Source: an uncultured Gammaproteobacteria bacterium
Lineage (GTDB): Bacteria; Patescibacteriota; Patescibacteriia; JAHIZJ01
DNA: 54,721 bases
Reading direction: 5' to 3'
NCBI GenBank assembly: GCA_964371245.1
Contig: CAYJKP010000002.1
Span: forward strand, 46,239-100,959
This document shows positions 17,892-27,881 of the stretch, one piece after another (position 1 is the stretch's first letter; every line of letters begins with the position of its first letter). A model generated the notes under the pieces. The model saw nothing but the letters and a program-made list of their open reading frames with translations, had not been told where the DNA came from and searched no databases. Position numbers and translations under genes: made by a program.

Positions 17892-18054
17892 TTTACTTTT
17901 TGTTTTTTATTTTTTTACCCAAGAAAAAACACTCTTCCCAAAAGCAGAGCGTTTTCAGAACCGAATGTATCTTTGTTATCTTTGTGTTTGCCCTACTTTT
18001 GTTTTTTTTGGATTTTGGGCGTTTTTCTCTGTAAAAAAGAACCTTACATACTTA

Positions 18055-18083
18055 AGTATATCGCATTTTTTCCAATTTGTCAA
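18055..18083 (-). promoter_or_regulatory. Near-consensus sigma70 promoter driving the small WxL genes
   Basis: TTGACA-17 nt-TATACT; about 155-nt leader before ATG 17891. Confidence 0.8.
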
Positions 18084-18102
18084 GTTTATTCTCTAATCCC
18101 GG

Positions 18103-19908
18103 CTATAAAGGCTGACGGTTGACGAAACGGCGCATTCGTTTCCAAAAAATGGCTAGCGACAGCAACAAGGCTACCGAAACAAGCGAAATGTTTCGTCCAG
18201 CTGCTCGAATCGGTGTTAATCCAAATTTTACCTCAATTTTATGACTACCAGTTGGAATTATTATTTGCATCACGCCTACGTCGCTTGTCACCAGTGGCTC
18301 TCTCACCTGGCCATTGATTGCAACCTGCCAGCCCGGAAACCACAACGTATTTATTTGAAGGATGGATTCATTCTTTGCATCAATAGTGGCCGTATAGCGA
18401 GCTGCCTCAATCACGGGCGAATTGATTGATGCGTCACCGCTGACAATTTCGAGTTTCTCCGGAAATTTTATCGATGCGTCTGCCTGCATCAAAACGGCCT
18501 TCTTATAATCCGCAAGCGCTTGCGACATGAGCTCATGAAGCCGATCAACGGAAACGGCTTTTGAAAAGATGCTTGGTATCTCTGAAAAGAAATAAACTTG
18601 CGTGTTCAGTTGATCCGTCTCGAGGATGTTTCGGATTTCTGTTTCCCGCTCGCGGAACGGACGATAGTCTGCATCCGGCAACGGCGGCAGGGTGTATTCC
18701 GGCAAGGCGTAGGAAGAATTCAGGACCAGCGTTGCTCCGACCAGAATGATCGAAAGTACAGCGGGAGCAGAAAACCGGCGAATACTTTTTCGATAGACAA
18801 CCAGGACACCGCTCAGTATGCTCACCGAGAGACTAACCAAAGCCAGCCAGCGCCACGGAAACTGAAAGTCACGCAATACGCCAATGTGATCCCAGATGAA
18901 TTTCGAGCCGCGGCCGGTCATAAATACCGCCAGTGAAAAAACTGCCAGCCACCACCAGATGGTCGCCCCATAGGTCCGGCGCGTTTCTGGTTTTTCAAGC
19001 AGCGTATATATTGCTGTGATAACGACAATCAAGCCAGTTACGCCAATTAGAAAAATATATTCTTCCCAGTTCCCGATGATTAATTGTTTCAGGTTTAAAA
19101 AATATTTTGCATAGTCGCTGAAGAATGGGTACCAGAGGTTGAAGTTCGCTTGGCGCATCTCCACGATTGCAGGCAGCCAAAAAAACGCGCCGAGTCCTCC
19201 ACCAAAAAGTATAGCGAGTAGTGCGGTGAATATTTTTCGCCAGCGACGCCACGCCAGAATGGCGGCATAGACAACGGCGATCGGCAAAAACATCACTGCT
19301 AAGGCGTTGTTCGTGAGTAACAACGCGCCGGTCAATAAAGCAATCGCGAGAAAATATTTTCTGGCCGGAGCCGCTAGATATCGTGTCAGGGCGATTAAGA
19401 GAAATGGCCACAACCCCATGGCGAGAAGTTCGGCGTACGAGCCCCGAAGGTAGAGACTACCGAGGTGGTACGGCGACCAAATATAGAGCGTGGCGGAGGC
19501 CAGCCCGGCCCAAGAGTTTTTCCAGATTTGCCGGCTCCAAAAAAACATCGAAATATAGGCCAGAATAACGCTCACGACAATAACGGCCTTCACCGAGTTC
19601 AAAAGGTTGAATCCAATAAGATGGAACGCTTCAGCGAGATAATAAAAACCTGGCTGGATAAAATTGAAAATCGGCGCGCCGTAGCCGATCCAAACGTCGG
19701 GCGCCCAGCGCGGCTGGATGTTTCCCTGCCGAATGCCGAGATCGAACTCATACAGCCAGTTCATGTAGAGATTCCGGTCGTGATTTGACGGAAAACCGGC
19801 TTGCATGATCGCCGCCAAACATAAATACACGACAAGACCGCTGATACAAACAAACAGGGCAACTTTGTAATATTTCTTTATCCAGCTGAGATTATTTCTT
19901 TTCTCCAT
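18103..19908 (-). CDS. PTPS_related / YfhO-like membrane protein (probable GT-C glycosyltransferase), paralog 2; start placed at ATG 19908 (or 19914)
   Basis: GFPSNHD, PRWAPDVWIGYGAPIFNF, YLRGSYAELLA, LGAFFWLP, FQFPWRWL, and a C-terminal NTLWFPGWQVAING...GSHKIEVKF. Confidence 0.78.
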   Translation of the reverse strand: MEKRNNLSWIKKYYKVALFVCISGLVVYLCLAAIMQAGFPSNHDRNLYMNWLYEFDLGIRQGNIQPRWAPDVWIGYGAPIFNFIQPGFYYLAEAFHLIGFNLLNSVKAVIVVSVILAYISMFFWSRQIWKNSWAGLASATLYIWSPYHLGSLYLRGSYAELLAMGLWPFLLIALTRYLAAPARKYFLAIALLTGALLLTNNALAVMFLPIAVVYAAILAWRRWRKIFTALLAILFGGGLGAFFWLPAIVEMRQANFNLWYPFFSDYAKYFLNLKQLIIGNWEEYIFLIGVTGLIVVITAIYTLLEKPETRRTYGATIWWWLAVFSLAVFMTGRGSKFIWDHIGVLRDFQFPWRWLALVSLSVSILSGVLVVYRKSIRRFSAPAVLSIILVGATLVLNSSYALPEYTLPPLPDADYRPFRERETEIRNILETDQLNTQVYFFSEIPSIFSKAVSVDRLHELMSQALADYKKAVLMQADASIKFPEKLEIVSGDASINSPVIEAARYTATIDAKNESILQINTLWFPGWQVAINGQVREPLVTSDVGVMQIIIPTGSHKIEVKFGLTPIRAAGRNISLVSVALLLSLAIFWKRMRRFVNRQPL

Positions 19909-19927
19909 ATACATTCCCAGAAAGTGC

Positions 19928-21706
19928 TCACACTTTTTTCTTCGGCCACCGCCAAACACATATCAAACCGAGTCCAATGAGGGTGACGAATGAAACCAAA
20001 TCGGCTACCGCTCGAATTGTCGTATTGTGATAGTTTAGAACCAGTGTGTGCTGGCCCGGCGGAACCATAAATTCCATCAGACCGTAGCTTGAATTCATAA
20101 TGATTGTCACCGGCTGATTGTTCAGCTGCGCCGTCCAACCGGGGAAATAAAATGTGTTGATCCGAACGCGCGCTTCAGTTTGTGCTGTGATCGCGTACTC
20201 TTGCCGAGTCGTGCGTAGATTGACGGGGATGACGGTAGCGTTTCCCCGAATAACCTCCGTCTTGGGAAAATCAACGGCCTGCCCAGCAAGAATGCGGTCG
20301 CGCGTTTGATAAATATTTTTTTCAACCAACCCCTCAAGCGCGTCGAGATTATTGTAACGCGGAAAGATAGCTGTTTTTATTCCGAACGTGTTGTATTGCT
20401 CTAAAGTAAGAAATTGGTCGACGAGTGCCTGCTTCGGTTGGTAATGCCAATCGGCTTTTTTAGGAAAATATCCGTCCGGCGGACCAAGCCAGTCAGTCGA
20501 CCCGAGAATCAATAGAATAATGAGCGCCCCGCTGATTGGCAAAAACGAATACGTCCAGCGCGGACGGATCTTGCCAGCCAACCAGGAAAATAATTTCTGC
20601 AATTCTGGCCAAATGATCAGACCGGCCAGGAAAGCAACGCTCAAATCAAATAGCCCTAAAAACCTCCAAGGGAACTGAACGTATTTCAACAGCGGTACGG
20701 CTTCCCAAACAGGACGCGAATACACGGTTGTGGCGACGAGTGCGCCAATTGCGAGTAAAAGAAAATAGATGGCTGGGCGCGAAGTTTTCTGGGTGCGCCA
20801 ACTTTTTACTATCAAAACGGCGCCAACAAGACAGATAAGGCTGGCCACAAAGCTTACCTGAAGAAACACGACGCCGTTTGACCAGTAGTTCGAAAATAAT
20901 ATTTCCTTCAGTGAACTGAAATTATTATGAAAATCGTACGGTCCAGAGGTAAGATTGTCGAGATTTAAATACTGTCGCTCAAAAAATGCCGGTACCCAAA
21001 AAAAAGTACTGAGCAAAAAGCCAGTGGCCACGGCAGCCGCCTGAACCAAATAGGTCCGGATGTTCCGTTTCGAGAACAGAAGGATGAATAGAAGAATCGG
21101 CGGCAGGAATATCAGCATCGAAATATTATGCGATAAAACCAGGGCGGCAATGGCTCCGGCCAGGAGAAGAAAATTGCGCCGCGACTGAACGCGTCCGAGT
21201 CGCGAGGCGGCATAGAGGCATAACGGCGCAATACTCATCGCCAGATATTCGGAAAAAGCGCCCCGGTCGTACACCAGGCCGATGTGGTACGGCGCGAGCG
21301 TGAAAACGGCAGCTGAGAAGACTGCGCCCAGCCGACCAAAATATCGACGGGTAAATAGGTACATAAACCAGCCGCCAGCGAGAGTCGCCAAAATCAGCGT
21401 CAGCTTAACCGAGGCAATGATGCTGAACCCGATGAGATGCCACAGCTCGGCGAGATAAAAAAACAACGGCTGGGTAAAATTGAAGAGCGGGCTGCCGTAG
21501 CCGATCCAGACGTCAGGCGACCAGCGAGGCAAAAAATGTCCCTCGCGTATCCCGGCGTCAAATTCGCTTTGCCAGATCGGATATAATTCGAGATCGTGAT
21601 TTCTCGGATAACCGCTTTTGAGTAACGAAAAAACGGCGGCGAAGATCACCAGGCCGACCAACGCCACAATGAAGATAGTTTTCGATGAGGGCGGTCGCAC
21701 GAACAT
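19928..21706 (-). CDS. PTPS_related / YfhO-like membrane protein (probable GT-C glycosyltransferase), paralog 1
   Basis: GYPRNHD, PRWSPDVWIGYGSPLFNF, YDRGAFSEYLA, SHNIS, FFWVPA, VQFPWRFL, NTFYFPGW...GQHTLVLNY. Confidence 0.78.
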   Translation of the reverse strand: MFVRPPSSKTIFIVALVGLVIFAAVFSLLKSGYPRNHDLELYPIWQSEFDAGIREGHFLPRWSPDVWIGYGSPLFNFTQPLFFYLAELWHLIGFSIIASVKLTLILATLAGGWFMYLFTRRYFGRLGAVFSAAVFTLAPYHIGLVYDRGAFSEYLAMSIAPLCLYAASRLGRVQSRRNFLLLAGAIAALVLSHNISMLIFLPPILLFILLFSKRNIRTYLVQAAAVATGFLLSTFFWVPAFFERQYLNLDNLTSGPYDFHNNFSSLKEILFSNYWSNGVVFLQVSFVASLICLVGAVLIVKSWRTQKTSRPAIYFLLLAIGALVATTVYSRPVWEAVPLLKYVQFPWRFLGLFDLSVAFLAGLIIWPELQKLFSWLAGKIRPRWTYSFLPISGALIILLILGSTDWLGPPDGYFPKKADWHYQPKQALVDQFLTLEQYNTFGIKTAIFPRYNNLDALEGLVEKNIYQTRDRILAGQAVDFPKTEVIRGNATVIPVNLRTTRQEYAITAQTEARVRINTFYFPGWTAQLNNQPVTIIMNSSYGLMEFMVPPGQHTLVLNYHNTTIRAVADLVSFVTLIGLGLICVWRWPKKKV

Positions 21707-21828
21707 ACTGTCTTAATGGTAACAACGCCTTTATTCTATCGGATAACCACCCAATCAGCAACTAGCCGGTATGGTCAATATTTGGTACACTGACAGGGTC
21801 GAGAATAATCTTTATACCCGCGGCTCAT

Positions 21829-22779
21829 ATGAAAAAAGCGAAAATCATCATCATTGTTATCAATCTCGCGATCATTGGCTTTCTGATCTGGTTTTTATGG
21901 GGTTTGGATTATAAAAAAATCGGCGATCTGCTCGCCCAATCGAATAAAATTTATCTTATTATCGGGCTACTTTTCTTCGCCCTGAGTTTGCTGTTTAAAA
22001 TCACCCGCTTCGGCGCGGTGACTCGATACTACGGTTATAAATTCTCATTCACACAAACGTCGTTCATCCAGATGGTCGGCATCGCCATCGCCATGATGAC
22101 GCCGGGCCGGCTCGGCGAGGCGACGAAAATATACCTACTGAAACAGCGCCAGGTGCCCGTGCTCACCGGAACCGCCTTGACGATCTTCGAGCGCGTGTTC
22201 GATTTTCTCTTTCTCAGCCTGGCGGGCCTCTTTTTCGTCCTCCAATTTATGAAGGGCTCAAAACTCACCTGGGGTTTTATCGCCCTCCTGGTCGTGATGA
22301 TTGGCTTATTGATCGTTCTGCGCAACCTTCACTGGCTGACCCGTTTCGTGCCGGCGCGGTTTCGTAACATATTTGTGAACTTCACGAGCGTCAAGGCGGG
22401 CGGCCAGAAAGCCCAACTCATTCCCCTCACACTGTTCACCATTCTCACCTGGTCGACCCAAGCCGTGCTCTCCTGGTCGGTGCTGGCCTCGCTCGATGTT
22501 CATGTTTCTCCCTTGGCCGTCTTAGGCGTTGAAGCAATTGGGACGCTCGCCGCCATTCTCTCCTTTCTGCCGCTTGGCATTGGCGCGATGGATCTCTCAA
22601 TGCTTTTCCTCTACTCGCTCTTGGGCGTGGGCAATGAGCCCGCCACCATCGCGGTCTTTATCTCGCGCACGGTCGGTTTTCTCGCTCCGCTCCTGATCGC
22701 TCTGATTATGACGAACGTCGCCGGTACCTCGTTTAAGGAGATTCGGGCGGGTCTCTCACAGCAAAAACCGAGCGCCTAA
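21829..22779 (+). CDS. Lysylphosphatidylglycerol synthase TM-like (UPF0104) flippase-like membrane protein
   Basis: About 8 TM segments; TPGRLGEATK, IFERVFD and PLGIGAMD motifs. Confidence 0.85.
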   Translation: MKKAKIIIIVINLAIIGFLIWFLWGLDYKKIGDLLAQSNKIYLIIGLLFFALSLLFKITRFGAVTRYYGYKFSFTQTSFIQMVGIAIAMMTPGRLGEATKIYLLKQRQVPVLTGTALTIFERVFDFLFLSLAGLFFVLQFMKGSKLTWGFIALLVVMIGLLIVLRNLHWLTRFVPARFRNIFVNFTSVKAGGQKAQLIPLTLFTILTWSTQAVLSWSVLASLDVHVSPLAVLGVEAIGTLAAILSFLPLGIGAMDLSMLFLYSLLGVGNEPATIAVFISRTVGFLAPLLIALIMTNVAGTSFKEIRAGLSQQKPSA

Positions 22780-22786
22780 CGATCTT

Positions 22787-22815
22787 TTGACGAATATCAA
22801 GAAGTGTTTTATAAT
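22787..22815 (+). promoter_or_regulatory. Sigma70 promoter for the lcp-der-pth operon
   Basis: TTGACG-17 nt-TATAAT, with ATG 8 nt downstream at 22824. Confidence 0.8.
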
Positions 22816-22823
22816 TCTTGAGC

Positions 22824-24380
22824 ATGACTCCCTTACCGTCTGACAAAGTAGACCTCAAGCCTTCGCCTGAGAACAAACCGGTGGTTGAGCTAAAAAAGCC
22901 TTCTGACCAGAAAAAGAAACGCTGGCCGATTTTTATATTAAAGATAGGCTTGTATCTTCTCGTCTTTCTGCTGATTCTTGGCTTCACCTTTTCGTATAAA
23001 GTCATTCTCTCGGGCGAGGGCATTTTTAGCCGGCAAAACGTCGGTTTTTTCGATCAAATCAAGCGTTTGGTAACCAGCGGCGATAAACAGATAAAGGGTG
23101 AGGAGAATGACCGGGTAAACATCCTGCTCGTCGGGATGGGCGGGGCTGGCCACGATGGCGCCTATCTCGCCGATACGATCATTGTCGCCAGTTTGAAACC
23201 GTCGACGAAAGAAGTCGCCCTGCTATCAATCCCGCGCGATCTCGTGGTGGATATCCCGAAATACGGCTATCGCAAGGTCAATAATGCCAACGCCTTTGGC
23301 TATCTCCAGACGCCTGAACAAGGCGGCGAATGGCTGCTCCAGGATGTCCTGGAAACAACCCTCGGCCAACCGATCCAGTACTATGCGTCCGTTGATTTTG
23401 ACGGTTTCCGAAAAATCGTCGATCTGGTCGGCGGCCTCGACATTACTGTCGAAAACGCGTTTACCGATTATGAATATCCCGACTACAGTCACGGATATCA
23501 AACCATTTCATTCAAAGTAGGCTCGCAAACCATGAACGGCGAGAAAGCCTTGCAATATGTCCGTTCGCGCCATGGCAATAACGGCGAGGGCTCGGATTTC
23601 GCACGCTCGCGCCGGCAACAAAACGTCCTCTCCGCCTTGAAGAAAGAAATGCTCTCTCTGGGAACCTTAACAAATCCCAAAAAAATAATGGATATTTCGG
23701 ATGCGCTCGGCACCCACCTGAAAACCGACATGGAACCGTGGGAAATTCTCCGGTTGGCGAACTTGGTGGGCGATCTCGATACGTCAAAAATCATGACGCG
23801 GGTGCTCGATACGACGGCGGGCGGACTCCTCAAAACCACTACCGGTATTGATGGCGCCTACTTGCTTGAACCCCGGATCGGTACCGGCAAGTATTCTGAA
23901 ATACAAGACCTTTTTGAGAACATCTTCCAATACAGCGAGCTCGTGAAAGAAGGGGCAAATATTGAGATTCAAAACGGCACAACCATTGCCGGACTCGGGG
24001 ATACGATCGCCCGGCAACTGCAAAGTCTTAATTTCAATGTGACGAAAGTAACGAATGCCCAGGACCGCACCTATACCGAAACCCAAATCTACGATTTGAC
24101 GCTTGGCCAAAAACCGGAAACGCTGAAACAGTTAAAAAGCGTCATCGGCGGAACGGTCAATTCCTCGGCGCCGCCGTTCTTAACGAATAATAGCAACGGC
24201 TCGTTCGAACAAGATCTCACCAACAGCTCGCTTGAAAACTCGCTCAGCAATATGAGCAACACCCCGGAGCCAAAATCGGACAACATCGATATCCTCGTCA
24301 TCCTTGGCACGGATGCGAAAAAACCCGACACGCCCAAGAAATCCACCACCAACACGAACGCTAATACCAATCGTTATTAA
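22824..24380 (+). CDS. LCP (LytR-CpsA-Psr) family protein with LytR_C domain
   Basis: One TM helix; VNILLVG...LADTII...LLSIPRDL...KVNNANA...ALQYVRSRH...SDFARSRRQQ; IEIQNGTTIAGLG (LytR_C). Confidence 0.93.
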   Translation: MTPLPSDKVDLKPSPENKPVVELKKPSDQKKKRWPIFILKIGLYLLVFLLILGFTFSYKVILSGEGIFSRQNVGFFDQIKRLVTSGDKQIKGEENDRVNILLVGMGGAGHDGAYLADTIIVASLKPSTKEVALLSIPRDLVVDIPKYGYRKVNNANAFGYLQTPEQGGEWLLQDVLETTLGQPIQYYASVDFDGFRKIVDLVGGLDITVENAFTDYEYPDYSHGYQTISFKVGSQTMNGEKALQYVRSRHGNNGEGSDFARSRRQQNVLSALKKEMLSLGTLTNPKKIMDISDALGTHLKTDMEPWEILRLANLVGDLDTSKIMTRVLDTTAGGLLKTTTGIDGAYLLEPRIGTGKYSEIQDLFENIFQYSELVKEGANIEIQNGTTIAGLGDTIARQLQSLNFNVTKVTNAQDRTYTETQIYDLTLGQKPETLKQLKSVIGGTVNSSAPPFLTNNSNGSFEQDLTNSSLENSLSNMSNTPEPKSDNIDILVILGTDAKKPDTPKKSTTNTNANTNRY

Positions 24381-24388
24381 TCCCGGCC

Positions 24389-25750
24389 ATGCCTGATTTG
24401 AAAACTGCCGTGATTATCGGTCGGACCAATGTCGGCAAGTCCACGCTCTACAACCGACTGGCTGAGGCCGCAAAGGCGATGACCTCAAATATTCCCGGCA
24501 CGACGCGCGATCGAAATGAAACCTTTGTTCAATGGCGTGGCGGCCAATTCCGTTTGGTTGACACGGGCGGTCTTGATATCGATCCGAAGAACGTGATTGA
24601 GCAAGAGATCTTGAAACAGATCCGACTCGCTACTAAAACGGCCGACCTGCTGGTTTTTGTGGTGGACGGGCAAAGCGGCCTCTTGCCCCAAGATCGCGAA
24701 GCCAGCCGATTTATCCAAGCGCTGAAACAGCCAACGCTCGTCGCGGTCAATAAACTCGACAACTTAAATCACCGCGAAAGCGCCGCCTCAGAATTTACCC
24801 GACTCGGGTGGCCAGACATCATTCCCCTCTCGGCAAAAAACGGCAGTGGCACCGGCGATCTCTTGGACGCCATGTACCAGAAGCTTTTTCCGAACAGCGA
24901 GGCGGTCGAGCAAGCGCCAAAACCGGACCTACGGATTGCCGTCATCGGCCGGCCGAACGCCGGAAAGTCATCACTCGTCAACGCGTTGGTCGGCGAAGAA
25001 CGCTCGATTGTCACGCCCATCCCCTACACCACCCGGGAGTCACATGACACCTACATACACTTTCGAAACCAGCTCATTTGTATAATTGATACTGCCGGGC
25101 TCAGAAAACACAGCAAAATCCGGGAAGCCTATCGAAAAACAAAAACCCTGGAAAAACAAAGCGAATCGAAGACGCTGGAGACCCTCCGTCGATGCGATGT
25201 CGCTCTGCTGGTGATTGATATCTCGGAACCACTCACTCACCAGGATAAGCACCTCATCCAATGGATCGTCACGGCTAAAAAGGGTTTAATTATCCTGGCG
25301 AATAAGAGCGACCTCGCGCCCAAAGACCAGACCGCCGATAGCCCGACCATCGAACAGGTTGTGGCTGATGCCATTCCCTTCCTTGATTGGGCGCCGATTG
25401 TGGCTGTTTCGGCAAAAACGCGGGCCGGCGTTCATAAAATATTTCCGCTGGCGATCGACGTGGCGGCGAACCGAAAACGCTGGCTTGATTCGAAAGAGCT
25501 GAAAGAAGCGTTCATCGTCCTGCTCCGCCAGAAGCATCCGCCGCTGGTGACGGCCAAACGGAACATCCACGCGACACTCACCATCACGCAATCCGCGACG
25601 ACACCACCGTCATTTACCGTCGGCGCGAACATCCCAGGTAATCTACCTGATTTCTACCTCAAATACCTCGAGAAAAAATTGCGCGAACGTTTTCATCTTA
25701 CCGGTACCCCGCTGGTTTTCCATTTTAAAAAATTCGTTGGCCGCTCATGA
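24389..25750 (+). CDS. der: Ribosome biogenesis GTPase Der (EngA)
   Basis: Two GTPase domains (GRTNVGKST/DTGG/NKLD and GRPNAGKSS/DTAG/NKSD) plus a KH-like tail. Confidence 0.95.
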   Translation: MPDLKTAVIIGRTNVGKSTLYNRLAEAAKAMTSNIPGTTRDRNETFVQWRGGQFRLVDTGGLDIDPKNVIEQEILKQIRLATKTADLLVFVVDGQSGLLPQDREASRFIQALKQPTLVAVNKLDNLNHRESAASEFTRLGWPDIIPLSAKNGSGTGDLLDAMYQKLFPNSEAVEQAPKPDLRIAVIGRPNAGKSSLVNALVGEERSIVTPIPYTTRESHDTYIHFRNQLICIIDTAGLRKHSKIREAYRKTKTLEKQSESKTLETLRRCDVALLVIDISEPLTHQDKHLIQWIVTAKKGLIILANKSDLAPKDQTADSPTIEQVVADAIPFLDWAPIVAVSAKTRAGVHKIFPLAIDVAANRKRWLDSKELKEAFIVLLRQKHPPLVTAKRNIHATLTITQSATTPPSFTVGANIPGNLPDFYLKYLEKKLRERFHLTGTPLVFHFKKFVGRS

Positions 25751-26331
25751 AATGCGTAATCGGGCTCGGTAATCCGGGCAAAAAATACAGCGCCACCCGC
25801 CATAACATCGGCTTTATGGTACTCGATGCCTTGGCTAAAAAAGCTGACGTACCGTACAAAGCCAACAAAAAACTGCGTTCCGAAATAGCCAAAGGTACCC
25901 TCGCCGGACAGGCGGTAATTTTTGCTAAACCGTTAACCTATATGAATCTGTCGGGTCAGGCCGTGGCCGCGGTTCTTCATTATTACAAACTTGAACCAAA
26001 AGATCTGCTCTTGGTCTACGATGACGTTGATATTGACTTTGGTAGAATACGGCTAAAGCCGTACGGCACATCCGCCGGTCATAACGGTGTCGCTTCGGTC
26101 ATTGAACAGCTCGATACGACGAAATTTTCCCGCTGCCGCGTCGGCATTAAGCTTGGGATCGATGAGAAAGATCTGGCGCGGTATCATAAACGATCGATGG
26201 CCCGGTTTGTTTTAGATACGTTCTCGGCTGAACAGAAAAAATTATTACGTGACATCATCGCTGAGTCGGCTGAAGCTATTGAGCTGGCCCTGGGCAAGGG
26301 GCTGGCCGAGGCGATGAACAAGTTTAATTAA
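25747..26331 (+). CDS. pth: Peptidyl-tRNA hydrolase
   Basis: IGLGNPGKKYSATRHNIGF, KPLTYMNLSG, YDDVD, GHNGVAS. Confidence 0.97.
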   Translation: MKCVIGLGNPGKKYSATRHNIGFMVLDALAKKADVPYKANKKLRSEIAKGTLAGQAVIFAKPLTYMNLSGQAVAAVLHYYKLEPKDLLLVYDDVDIDFGRIRLKPYGTSAGHNGVASVIEQLDTTKFSRCRVGIKLGIDEKDLARYHKRSMARFVLDTFSAEQKKLLRDIIAESAEAIELALGKGLAEAMNKFN

Positions 26332-26420
26332 TTCGTAGTGCATATGAGTATTAGTGGTTCCCACTGTAGGTGGGTTCTTTTATTTCCATGAGTCATTAAT
26401 TTTCAGTTTTCTTTCTGGCC

Positions 26421-26542
26421 AAAAAAAGAGAGTGGCTGAAACCACTCCCGGTGTGCAACGGACAGGTAAACTGGCCGCCCAGAGCAAGCTCTGATCCCCG
26501 CCCAGCCGCCTCCAAGAACCACGCGGCCAGTCTACCTTGTTA
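26421..26542 (-). ncRNA. Candidate stand-alone structured small RNA (about 120 nt)
   Basis: Promoter TTGCCA-16-TATCAT with TGn (26549-26576); stem GGTAGACTGGCCGC/GCGGCCAGTTTACC with a G-U pair on this strand; CUUG-capped hairpin; terminator GGGAGTGG-TTTCAG-CCACTCTC-T7. Confidence 0.55.
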
Positions 26543-26614
26543 GAACGTATGATAGCAAATAGGTTTTTCTTGGCAATGGCTAATAAAAAAACTGCTGAAA
26601 TAGCAGCCATTTTT

Positions 26615-26736
26615 TGACCGTCTCATTACTACCAACAAGCGCAAGATCGGTCCGAAAAATCGGATAATCTATGCCTTGTGGCTACTGTCGCGATAATCGC
26701 AATGTTCGCCGCATGCTGGTAGTAATGAAAAGGCCA
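26615..26736. repeat. Structured direct repeat, copy 1 (122 bp)
   Basis: Matches 27882-28013 except 2 substitutions and a 10-nt deletion; about 27-nt imperfect terminal inverted repeats; minus-strand terminator at 26585-26607. Confidence 0.92.
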
Positions 26737-26796
26737 CCCCAGGTATACTCCTGTCGTGGCCGCGCAGATGTGTGCAGTACGGATGAATGTCGAGCC

Positions 26797-27738
26797 CTAG
26801 GCGAGCTGCCTCAGCAACTGCTGAAACATCGACACGTCGCCGCTGGTGATCGTAACGAACATCGTGCCGCTCGCCCCTGGCCAGCTGCCGGCGGTCACCC
26901 GAATCTCGCTGATCCCTTCAAAGTTCGGAACCGCAATACAGTTGACGGTGATGGCGGCGCCTGCCGGAAGCTTGTAGCGTTCCAGCAACGGCCGGAGGTG
27001 ATCAGCAACCGCCTGGCCGAATTCCGACTCGCGGACCATCGCCTCGCGTATCTGGGTGATCACGACGCCAATCGCTTCTTCGTCCGTGACAGCCCAACAG
27101 CCGCCTTCCCTTGCTTTCGTGTCCAGCAGATGCTTGTATCGGACGAGCTCACTGTCATCCAGTGGCGGCTGGTCGTCCGGCGACCCGACAAACGCCCGCG
27201 CCTGCTTCTCCCCCTCCGGCAGGTAGCACGACGGCTGGGCGCTCAGCCGTTGAGCCAGCGAAACGACTTCCGGCCTGTTCCGCAGATACCGTTCAACGCC
27301 CGCCGGACTGTGGTCTCCCTGAAGGGCGCTGAGCAGTTCCCGGCAGAGCGTGGAAACGAGGTAGCAGCCGAAGGCATGGACGGACGCCTGGCGGTTCTTG
27401 AGCAGGGCATAAAGGCTCTGCAAGAGATAGACCAAGGCGATATCCACGCGTCCAGGCTGGCTGAACTTCTCTGCCAGCGCCGTGGCGCGGTCGCAAAGGA
27501 ACACCGGCAAGGCTCGCGGCTCAAAACCGTCCAGCCGCCTGAAATCCGCATTCGGACAGGCCCGCGCCAGGGTCAGCTCGAGCGCGACCGTGAGATCGCC
27601 CAAGGTCAGTTCGGGGAAGCTGAAGTCGTCACCCAGTGCCTCCTGGATTCCTTCCAGGGGATGGCCGAATTGCCTTTCCGTCAATCGCGCCAAACCCCTG
27701 AGATTGACTGGCTGGGTCGATGGAAGTATCCCGCTCAT
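26797..27738 (-). CDS. Hypothetical protein (313 aa, GC-rich ORFan)
   Basis: Long ORF with AGAGGAGGAGG Shine-Dalgarno and its own promoter TTGACA-16-TATTCT with TGn (27805-27832); no recognisable domain. Confidence 0.8.
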   Translation of the reverse strand: MSGILPSTQPVNLRGLARLTERQFGHPLEGIQEALGDDFSFPELTLGDLTVALELTLARACPNADFRRLDGFEPRALPVFLCDRATALAEKFSQPGRVDIALVYLLQSLYALLKNRQASVHAFGCYLVSTLCRELLSALQGDHSPAGVERYLRNRPEVVSLAQRLSAQPSCYLPEGEKQARAFVGSPDDQPPLDDSELVRYKHLLDTKAREGGCWAVTDEEAIGVVITQIREAMVRESEFGQAVADHLRPLLERYKLPAGAAITVNCIAVPNFEGISEIRVTAGSWPGASGTMFVTITSGDVSMFQQLLRQLA

Positions 27739-27881
27739 ACCGTCCTCCTCCTCTTGTCTGTGAAACGGAACCCCTGATGTGCCATGACCACCGTACGATG
27801 TATCAGAATATCATTATACGATTCATTGTCAAGTGATCACGGTTCTGATAATAAAAAAACGCCGCCTCAGCGACTGACCGG

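Noticed and set aside
17960-18000. c-di-GMP-I riboswitch (GGGCAAAC) in the WxL leader
   Set aside because: No P2 stem with a GNRA loop and no downstream GGACGCAAA-type segment.
26380-26610. 76-aa minus-strand ORF
   Set aside because: It runs through two terminators and a promoter and has no SD or protein-like features. It is better explained as non-coding.
26671-27777. 368-aa plus-strand ORF
   Set aside because: Antisense shadow of the GC-rich 313-aa gene, which has the SD and promoter.
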